Assembly (NCBI GenBank): GCA_026387835.1
Contig: JAPLKZ010000011.1
Coordinates: 1-32,000 of the forward strand
Direction: 5' to 3'
DNA: 32,000 nucleotides
Origin: Candidatus Saganbacteria bacterium
GTDB lineage: Bacteria; Margulisbacteria; WOR-1; JAKLHX01
In this document: positions 24,852 through 32,000 of the stretch, in pieces
How the letters are laid out: each line of letters begins with the position of its first letter
Numbering within the stretch: the stretch's first letter is position 1
Position numbers and translations under genes: made by a program
Notes under the pieces: generated by a model
Database searches by the model: none
What the model saw: the letters and a program-made list of their open reading frames with translations, nothing else
What the model was told of the DNA's origin: nothing

Positions 24852-27800
24852 TCAGAATATCCCAAGAAATTTGCTGTTCTTTCTAATTGCTATCGCAGCT
24901 TCTTTAACTGACCCGTTAAACAGGCATTCGACAAACTCTCCTGTGGTGAAATTGGCGGAGTATCTGCCATCTCCTGAGCCGCCCTTCACTGAAATGTGCC
25001 CCCTGAAAATGCCGGGTGCCCTGTTGATATAAAAATCCTTGAGATCTCCTTTGATGTTCTCAAAATAGGACAGATGAGCTTTTTCGTCGGCGGTAAGACC
25101 GGCAAAAGCATCAGCCACAAGCCCCGCGTAGCTGCTACTCTTTCTGGCTGTCAGCAATAACGAAGTAAAATGGCCGTATAATTTTTTGTGAATGCCGTTT
25201 ATTTGGCCGCGCATATTTTCTGCGAGAACGGTTTCCCCCTTTTTGTTGCAGTCATCGATCATAAGGAGGATATCGTGAAGGACTTTGGCCGATTCTTTTA
25301 TATCTGCCAGCCTGACGGCTATCTCTGTCTTCACGCCGGCGACGTTTTTACTGGAAGCCCTGCTCTCTTTCAGCGAATCTTTTTCGGCGCGTATGAGAGT
25401 GTCGTTCATGCCGGTGAGGGAATCCCTTACGAACCTTTTGCCTGAAATAAGGTTCCTTTCTTCTTTGCCGAACAGGCCCTGCACCTGGACATTGGCGTCC
25501 CCGGCTTTGACCAGGTCCTTTCTCAGGAGGTCAAGAAGTTCCGTTTTTATTTCCATCGGCAGCAGATTGAGCGCTTTTCCTATTTCCGCCCTGAGGCCCT
25601 GCTCCGTGCCGTTGGCGCTGAGCGCCCTGTACATCAGGTAGAGGCCGTCTTCTTTAAGCTGTTTTTTGGTCTTTTCATTTATTTTTAAGGCAGGGTCTTT
25701 CAAAATTAACGCTGTTTCATTTATCACTAATATTGCGGCCCTGACATCTTTTGCCACATTTCTCTTTTCGATAGTCTCCCTTGTGCCGCCGATGGATGTG
25801 ATGAGGTTCAATCCCGGAATTGTCCCCGAATTCTTTATTATTCCCTTAAAATCAACTTCCCACGGGACGAACGGGATCAATTTTCTGGTGATCCTGCCGT
25901 ACTTGATCTTGGCTTCATCGCGGCCGGACCTGTAATACGCCATGGACACGGGGTCGCTCGTGCGTGCCGTTTTCAGCGCTTCAAAGATCTTTGGTTCGTC
26001 TTTGGGATTGACGGAAGATTTAACTGACGCCATTTTGTCGTATATGGCCTTCTTTACACCAGGCGTTGCAGATATCCCGATATCTTCCGGCTTTTTAATT
26101 TCTTTTGCTTTCTTCAGATTGACCGCGCCGGTTTTGTCGATATATCCGTGGTCGATGAGCTGCTGGCGGACAGTATTAATTTTTGCGTTGCTGAGTATTT
26201 CGAACACGGCCGCCTTTTCATCGGCAGTGAAAAGGCTTGCTCCCTTTTTGGAAGAATTGAGGATCTCGTTTATCTTTTCCTTGTCTTTAGCGGAAAGCTT
26301 TAAAGTTCCGAGTTCCCCTATATTGCCGCTGAACGTATCGCTGACCGAGTAGGCCCCGCCGAAAAGTCCGCCCTTTGCTATATGCCTAGACTTGACCAGC
26401 TCAGCGAGGATAAGGTTCTTTTTGTCTCCGAACTGCTCGAACTTTGTTTTATCGATTCTATTGTCCGTTTTCGTGGGATTAAAAGCCCGGATAAAGTCGT
26501 CTTTGTTTTTAATAGTCTTGAAAAAATTATCCGTTACCACATTGCTTCCGATAAACAAAAACCCCGTGCTTATGAATCTTGCTTTGCTCAGTTCTTTCCA
26601 CACAAGCGCCTGCCTTTTTTCAAATTGCGAGAAGTCCGCTTTTCTTATTAGAGGTTTTTCGCCGGAGAGATTATCTTTGTAATCTTCCGCGGTTATTATC
26701 CTCGCATCCCTGAGAGAGAATTTCTTCTCGTCTTTCGGGTCGAACTTCGGCTGGACAATGCCTTTCTCGTCCGTATATCCCGCTGAACCAAGAGCCGCCT
26801 GCACCCGTGAGCTGTCGGTGCTCAGGCCTCTAAAAGATCTGTTTGTGACGATGCCGTTGCTCACGATATTTTCAAGTTCAGTAGTTATTTTTCTGCTGTT
26901 CATCAATCCGGGGATAGATACGCCGGCGGTGATGAGCGCCGCGGCGACGGCAAAATACGGATTAAAAACAAATTTGCCGTTTACAGCAGTAAGCCAGAAA
27001 GTGGTCCAGCTGGGCTTGCCGCTTGGATCTATTGATAAGCCAAGCGGGGTCGATGAACCGGGCAGTGTGTAGAAAAGCCCAAATCCGGTTGCGCTTTCTG
27101 AAATACTTAATCCGAGATCAAATCTGTTTACCGAAAAGCCAAGGAATCCGGACACCCCTTTTTCAGGATTTCCGATATTTAATTCACCCCTGAACGCGAT
27201 GTCATCGCCAAAAACAGGAAGTCTTTGCACGAGTCCGGCTTTGCCATAAGGCGTTACATCGCGGGTTGTTTCGTCGTTTTGCAGAGTGAATCCAGGCCCC
27301 GCGTATATTTTTGTGTTTTCAGAAGGTATTGCGTACAGCGTCAGATCACCGCCTGCGTTAGTAGCAGTGGCATGCCTTTCTTCAGCATAGGCGTCGACGC
27401 CCGCGGTGGCCATCAACCCGGTCGGCATTCGAGTATCAAAAGCTTTTGTAATAAAAGCCCTGAGAGAGCCCATTGCCGCATTAGTTGTAGTGTTGACTTC
27501 CTCGATCTGGGCCCTGTAAATTGTTGTTGTTTTGCCGTCCTTTATCATATTTATTTCAGTCTCTTTGCCGCCGTTCTTTCTGATTATCTGCAGACTGTAA
27601 GCTTCACTAGGGGTAGTCCACGTGCTATTGGCATCTGTCATCCATGTATTGGCAGGAACGCCGGGATTAAGGGTCCTCTTCGAGCCCTGTACGATGACAT
27701 TATAGATAACATTATTTCCTTCCGTTGTTACGGAAGAAGTGCTGTAGGTTTCCCTGTAGATCCCTACGGTTGGCCTATTGTTTGAATCGGAGTTAATGAT

Positions 27801-30800
27801 GCTTGTATCTATGGCATCAATGGCGGGCCTGACGGAAGCATCTGTAGTTGTTGTTTGGTTTCTCTGGTCAAGCTGAACTATGGAATTGCGCTCCATATAA
27901 GCGTAGCCGGTCATGGAAATATTGTTCAGCCTTAACTGTGCTATTTCATTGCCGCTTCCGTCTGTCAGCGAGACATTGTTTACCGCATTGTCTGTGGCAA
28001 ATCCTACGAACCAGCCCTCGAAAAAAATGCCGGTCGTCCTATCACGCATGGTCTCATGAAGCCAGCCGATCCGCCTCAGCTCATTGCCGTCGGAATCGGA
28101 TACCGTTTGCGTGCTGTAATGTGGATTGGTATCGGTCCATGCCGGCGCTCCGACGGTTGTCTCTTTTTTATCAATGACTTTCCAATTGTATTTTTTGCCT
28201 ATTTTAGTGCCGCCTCCGAGCGTTGCTTCGGCAAAAAAACTGATTCCGTTCCCGAGATCGTTTGAATATGCGAGAGAAAGTTCCGGCCATACAGCCGTAT
28301 TCCCCTGGCTGTCTTTATCCGCCAGTATTGATGCGCCAACATTCCAATGTTTGTCGAGCTGGCGGTTGACCCCGACTTTAGCGCCTATCGTATTTGTTTT
28401 CTTCCCATATTCCGAATCTTCGTATCTATTATGTATGCCCGCGGAAAAAGCATCCTGTCCGTTGGTCCACTCGCCCCCTATGCTGTCATATCCGCTTTTC
28501 TTTTTACCATTATTATCCTCAACTTGATTATTCAGGACCAGGGTCGTTCTTTCGCTCAATCTTATCCGCTGCTCCGCGGAAAGAGTTGCTGTTCCGTCGA
28601 AAGGCGAGAGAGAATAATACACATCGGTCCTATCATAAGGTGAAGAAAGGAATGTCCTTCCGCTGAGGACCTTGCCGGGATATATGTAAGTCCTGTTGCT
28701 TTCCTCGAGGCGGAACCTTTTTATTATCGAATCAATGTTCTTGACACCTTCCAGGTTCTTATATATTCCGGCCAGCTTGAGGTCATAGCCCGGCATCCTT
28801 TTGGCGTTCAGTATTTCGTAGGTCGTCTTCAGGTCATAATAGATCTGGGATTCAAAAAGATAACCGCAGGCGGACTTTTTGTCCCACTCATCAAAGAAGA
28901 GCGTCCCCATCTTTTCCTGGTACGCGGCCGCGGCCAGTACCCATTTTCTGCCGTCCGGTCCGTCATATCCGGGGTTTGCCATGCAGTTCTTGGCGGACGC
29001 CTCAAGGGCCAAAAGTATGAGCAGCCGGCCGTAATCATTTTCGGAAAGGGCCTGCAATGCCTTTGGATCGCCGCCGAATACGATGCCGGCGACTTTCTGC
29101 CTGATATTGATGCCGGAAGCGGTTTTGACCGCCTCTTGTATAGGGATGTCCGCTTTTAACAGGAGCTCTTTCAAAGCTTCTTCGTAAAGGTCGACCGCGC
29201 CGTTCATTTTACCGTCGTTGTCCGTAAGATACATGGCCCTGGCCGTGTGCACGGACAATTCAAAATTGACCGGGTCCAGGTCCTTTGCCGAGACAAAATC
29301 ACTAACGGCTCCTTCAAAATCCTGCCTGCTAACCTTTATGCTTCCGAGGGCTGATTTGGCATTTGCTTTTATCTTGGCGGGAGCTTTGCCGGAATCAGCT
29401 ATTTCTTTAAAATATTTTTCCGCGCCATTTTTATCGTGTTCGGCAAACAATCTGAATGCCAGATCGATCCCAGCCTCATATTTTATCCGGTCGCCCGCAT
29501 CAGTTTTGCTGTAAATTTCACCGAGGGCTTTTTTATCGCCCCTCAATTTTGCGAGCCTGAACCCGGCTTCATTATTCTGCTTCGGATTCTCCGCGATCTG
29601 CCCGGCCCTGATATAAGCGGCCGATGCTTCGGCGGTATTATTTACAAACGTAAAAAGATTGCCAAGTATTATGAGCGCGTCCGCCATATCATAATTGCTG
29701 AGGTTTGAGGATGAGGCAAGAAGCTCAAGGTTTTTAATGGCCTGTTTTATTGTTTCCTGCTGCTTGAGGACATCACTGCCTTCCATAGAAGCTAGGTTGA
29801 GCTTGGTATTCAGGAGGATGAAGCGCGACACCAGCATCCTTTCGTATTCCTTTAAAGTCCCTTTTCCCAGTGCCAGCTTTAGGCCTTCAATATCTTTGTT
29901 CTCTGATAGGGCTTGAAGCGTTTCCTGGGCGATTATGGAGGAAATATCCATTATCCCGCGGGCTGTATACGCGCCGTCTTCATCGTTCTTCCCCTTGGCC
30001 AGCTGCCATGCCTGGAGAGCCGCCTGGCCGACCGAGATACAGATATCAGTAGCGATCAGATCCAGATATTGTTTTGTGCTCGAATCGCGGGGTAAACGCT
30101 CGATAGCTTTTAATAATGAATCTTTTTTATTATGCTCGAATCCGATGAGCTTGGACCCGATGGTCTCCAATTCTTTCAAAAGCCCGACTTTTTTTGTTTC
30201 GTCTTTCTCATTCACCGCAATAAGGAATTTAGCTTTGACGTATTCCCTTGCCATTTCCGACACGGAAATATTGTGCGCCCATTGGTTAAAACTGAAAGCG
30301 TAGGCAAATACATTCAACTGCTGTTCTAACGGTTTGTTTTCAACAGTGGCACCAATCAATTCTAATGACTTTTTAAACGCGTCTTCAATTCTATTGAGAC
30401 GGGCTTTTATTTGTTCTCTTGTGGTCTTGACTTTTGTGTCATCGAGAGCAAAGGACAGAAGCCGGCTCTCCGCCATGCCGATATTTTTCGAAAGGACCAC
30501 TCTTTCGCTATTTTTGGTAAACCATGGAGTGAACTTAATATCGATATTTGATAGCCCCGGGATCTTTTTTAGGTAAGCGAGTAGGTCGCTTAATTTTTCC
30601 GACAAAAGCGCCCCATACAGATTTTTTGCGGTCTCGACATTTTTCGCGTCTCCCCGCATAAGGCAGTCGGCAAGAAGTGTGACCGCATTTTTGATCGTAC
30701 CGTTTTGGTCATTGTCCTTACTTATATTGCTCTTCAATACCTCAATGCAAATATCTTTGGCTTTTTTTGTGTTTTCTTCTGTCCCCCTCTTTTTTTCTGC

Positions 30801-31034
30801 TAAAGAGCCCTCTCCTGGCGCTATGTTAAAATGATATCTCGCTGTCGACAATAAAAGACCGTTTCTGTATCTTGGGTTATCTATCAACCCTCGCTCCAAA
30901 TCCTTTACGTGCTCTTCTACAGATATTCTTTCTTCACGGGTCAACTCGGGTTCTTTTCGTCCATTTGTCGACGGAGAAAGATATTTCTTGCCGACATCTG
31001 AAGTTTCTTTAATCGCTTTTTGATAATCATCCAT
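24852..31034 (-). CDS. 2060-aa multidomain protein: N-terminal TPR-like helical region, central outer-membrane beta-barrel-like region, C-terminal helical region
   Basis: Single intact ORF. N-terminal TPR-like units (AYIRAGQIAENPKQNNEAGFRLAKLRG; AVDLYEEALKELL); central region rich in alternating strands (WNVGASILADKDSQGNTAVWPELSLAYSNDLGNGISFFAEATLGGG; VFGDDIAFRGELNIGNPEKGVSGFLGFSVNRFDLGLSIS); helical C-terminus. RBS-like AGGA upstream of ATG. Confidence 0.85.
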   Translation of the reverse strand: MDDYQKAIKETSDVGKKYLSPSTNGRKEPELTREERISVEEHVKDLERGLIDNPRYRNGLLLSTARYHFNIAPGEGSLAEKKRGTEENTKKAKDICIEVLKSNISKDNDQNGTIKNAVTLLADCLMRGDAKNVETAKNLYGALLSEKLSDLLAYLKKIPGLSNIDIKFTPWFTKNSERVVLSKNIGMAESRLLSFALDDTKVKTTREQIKARLNRIEDAFKKSLELIGATVENKPLEQQLNVFAYAFSFNQWAHNISVSEMAREYVKAKFLIAVNEKDETKKVGLLKELETIGSKLIGFEHNKKDSLLKAIERLPRDSSTKQYLDLIATDICISVGQAALQAWQLAKGKNDEDGAYTARGIMDISSIIAQETLQALSENKDIEGLKLALGKGTLKEYERMLVSRFILLNTKLNLASMEGSDVLKQQETIKQAIKNLELLASSSNLSNYDMADALIILGNLFTFVNNTAEASAAYIRAGQIAENPKQNNEAGFRLAKLRGDKKALGEIYSKTDAGDRIKYEAGIDLAFRLFAEHDKNGAEKYFKEIADSGKAPAKIKANAKSALGSIKVSRQDFEGAVSDFVSAKDLDPVNFELSVHTARAMYLTDNDGKMNGAVDLYEEALKELLLKADIPIQEAVKTASGINIRQKVAGIVFGGDPKALQALSENDYGRLLILLALEASAKNCMANPGYDGPDGRKWVLAAAAYQEKMGTLFFDEWDKKSACGYLFESQIYYDLKTTYEILNAKRMPGYDLKLAGIYKNLEGVKNIDSIIKRFRLEESNRTYIYPGKVLSGRTFLSSPYDRTDVYYSLSPFDGTATLSAEQRIRLSERTTLVLNNQVEDNNGKKKSGYDSIGGEWTNGQDAFSAGIHNRYEDSEYGKKTNTIGAKVGVNRQLDKHWNVGASILADKDSQGNTAVWPELSLAYSNDLGNGISFFAEATLGGGTKIGKKYNWKVIDKKETTVGAPAWTDTNPHYSTQTVSDSDGNELRRIGWLHETMRDRTTGIFFEGWFVGFATDNAVNNVSLTDGSGNEIAQLRLNNISMTGYAYMERNSIVQLDQRNQTTTTDASVRPAIDAIDTSIINSDSNNRPTVGIYRETYSTSSVTTEGNNVIYNVIVQGSKRTLNPGVPANTWMTDANSTWTTPSEAYSLQIIRKNGGKETEINMIKDGKTTTIYRAQIEEVNTTTNAAMGSLRAFITKAFDTRMPTGLMATAGVDAYAEERHATATNAGGDLTLYAIPSENTKIYAGPGFTLQNDETTRDVTPYGKAGLVQRLPVFGDDIAFRGELNIGNPEKGVSGFLGFSVNRFDLGLSISESATGFGLFYTLPGSSTPLGLSIDPSGKPSWTTFWLTAVNGKFVFNPYFAVAAALITAGVSIPGLMNSRKITTELENIVSNGIVTNRSFRGLSTDSSRVQAALGSAGYTDEKGIVQPKFDPKDEKKFSLRDARIITAEDYKDNLSGEKPLIRKADFSQFEKRQALVWKELSKARFISTGFLFIGSNVVTDNFFKTIKNKDDFIRAFNPTKTDNRIDKTKFEQFGDKKNLILAELVKSRHIAKGGLFGGAYSVSDTFSGNIGELGTLKLSAKDKEKINEILNSSKKGASLFTADEKAAVFEILSNAKINTVRQQLIDHGYIDKTGAVNLKKAKEIKKPEDIGISATPGVKKAIYDKMASVKSSVNPKDEPKIFEALKTARTSDPVSMAYYRSGRDEAKIKYGRITRKLIPFVPWEVDFKGIIKNSGTIPGLNLITSIGGTRETIEKRNVAKDVRAAILVINETALILKDPALKINEKTKKQLKEDGLYLMYRALSANGTEQGLRAEIGKALNLLPMEIKTELLDLLRKDLVKAGDANVQVQGLFGKEERNLISGKRFVRDSLTGMNDTLIRAEKDSLKESRASSKNVAGVKTEIAVRLADIKESAKVLHDILLMIDDCNKKGETVLAENMRGQINGIHKKLYGHFTSLLLTARKSSSYAGLVADAFAGLTADEKAHLSYFENIKGDLKDFYINRAPGIFRGHISVKGGSGDGRYSANFTTGEFVECLFNGSVKEAAIAIRKNSKFLGIF

Positions 31035-31137
31035 AATAAAAATCCTATTTCACAAACAATTTAGTGAAATCCGCATTATAATCAATGGTCATTGGCGTCT
31101 CTTTTCTTTCCCCTCTATATATATATCGTCCAAAATA

Positions 31138-31158
31138 GAGCCAAATTTCACTTGGCTC
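31138..31158 (-). terminator. Weak intrinsic terminator-like hairpin overlapping the stop codon of the EF-hand-like gene
   Basis: GAGCCAA-GTGAAAT-TTGGCTC on the minus strand, 7-bp perfect stem followed by TATTTTGG. Confidence 0.5.
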
Positions 31159-31456
31159 ATTCTTTGGCCGGGAACGGATCTATAAAATCCTTGCTTTGTT
31201 TCTGCTTTTCAAGATATTCGATCGCAGCCTGCTTAAACTCTGCTACAGATACATTCCGCCCATTATATGACGAGACATAATTATTATCGTCACATTCTTT
31301 TATCGCCGGTATCACATCGGACGTGTCGATTTGCTTCTTTGCGGCTTCGTCAAGTTCCTCGCGGGTGATATTCCCGTCCCTTATTGAATCTATCTTTCTC
31401 AAACGCTCATAAACCTTTTCGATATTCCCCGCGCCGGTCAAAGTCGCTTTTTCCAT
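31157..31456 (-). CDS. Small EF-hand-like protein (99 aa)
   Basis: RKIDSIRDGNITREELDEAA fits D-x-x-x-D-G-x-I-x-x-x-E (position 3 non-canonical); strong RBS AAGGAG 8 nt before ATG. Confidence 0.6.
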   Translation of the reverse strand: MEKATLTGAGNIEKVYERLRKIDSIRDGNITREELDEAAKKQIDTSDVIPAIKECDDNNYVSSYNGRNVSVAEFKQAAIEYLEKQKQSKDFIDPFPAKE

Positions 31457-31501
31457 GTTCGTTCTCCTTTTCTTTATGAAATTGATTCCGATTAATATGG
31501 A

Positions 31502-32000
31502 TTATTCTTTCTGCCCATATTTATTTAACAACTCTTTGTAAATATCATTTATAGCCCTAATTTCATTAGACCCCCCATCTCGCAAACATTCCCGCATTCG
31601 GGTTTTGGCGCGGCTTTTTATTTCCTCCGATTTGCAATATTTAAAAATTAAGAAACAATCTTTAAATGCTCCGATCTTAAGGCCAAGCTTCTTTTCCTCG
31701 CTGATGTTTTGATCTGAAGATAGCAAAAGCAATATTTCTGCCTGGCATAAACGGGCCTCAAATAAACTTCTGCCTTTTAAGAGGCCCAATTTATTTGGAT
31801 CGTAAATTATATCGAGTAAACTTTTTGCCGTCCGAGCTATTGTTAGTTTTTCATTACGATTGTCTTTGCTATTTGCCGAATAGATGTCATTTTCCGCCAT
31901 AAGAAGGATAAGCCTTGCGGAAATGGGGCCAAGTCCGACATTTGAATGAGACTCAAAAACAGTCCTAATATTGCCTATCGAAGGTGTTCCATCCCCGATA
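31502..32000 (-). CDS. Hypothetical helical protein, C-terminal part of a gene truncated by the right window edge
   Basis: The track starts this ORF at 31900, but the same frame is open to the window edge: IGDGTPSIGNIRTVFESHSNVGLGPISARLILL-MAENDIYSANSK..., so the ATG at 31900 is probably internal. Confidence 0.65.
   Translation of the reverse strand, partial: IGDGTPSIGNIRTVFESHSNVGLGPISARLILLMAENDIYSANSKDNRNEKLTIARTAKSLLDIIYDPNKLGLLKGRSLFEARLCQAEILLLLSSDQNISEEKKLGLKIGAFKDCFLIFKYCKSEEIKSRAKTRMRECLRDGGSNEIRAINDIYKELLNKYGQKE

Noticed and set aside
27225-27785. 186-aa plus-strand ORF opposite the giant gene
   Set aside because: Antisense to the 2060-aa ORF with low-complexity, Cys/Arg/Ser-rich composition typical of shadow frames; no supporting signals.
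24852-31034. Toxin/adhesin (RHS, hemagglutinin or classical autotransporter) identity for the giant protein
   Set aside because: No YD repeats, no filamentous hemagglutinin repeats, no signal peptide, and the barrel-like region is central rather than C-terminal.
31075-31080. Minus-strand TATAAT as promoter of the giant gene
   Set aside because: The hexamer is perfect, but the -35 region at proper spacing (AAGAGA) is poor. It could be real but is not supported by sequence alone.
1-32000. Defence, CRISPR-Cas, toxin-antitoxin, prophage or transposase genes
   Set aside because: None recognised in any intact ORF on either strand.

Overview
The window reads as a bacterial chromosome segment, probably from an uncultured Gram-negative-type lineage. 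I did not assign a taxon. From 1 to about 13.3 kb it is mostly housekeeping and metabolic: the 3' end of an rlmB-like SpoU methyltransferase, a SemiSWEET/PQ-loop protein, tRNA-Tyr(GUA), an outer-membrane barrel-like protein, typA/bipA, an operon-like set (COG1900/DUF39 homocysteine synthesis protein, NIL-ferredoxin, GTP-type pckG), ccdA plus a TlpA/ResA-like thioredoxin, a PerM/AI-2E-like permease, an orphan sugar-type ABC substrate-binding lipoprotein, and glmS. From 13.3 kb onward it is more unusual. There is a HEAT-repeat protein with about 14 tandem DUF4116-like ~25-aa repeats. This is followed by a GH94-GH42-GH94 glycan-phosphorylase cluster that converges on a highly divergent UGP/UAP-superfamily nucleotidyltransferase-like gene. 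Next comes a 2060-aa protein (helical/TPR, then beta-barrel-like, then helical) with no visible signal peptide, a small EF-hand-like protein, and a partial gene that runs off the right edge. The most interesting candidates are the phosphorylase/degenerate nucleotidyltransferase cluster and the giant barrel/TPR locus. No CRISPR array, transposase or recognisable defence gene was seen. All homology calls are motif recognition by eye; no database search was run.
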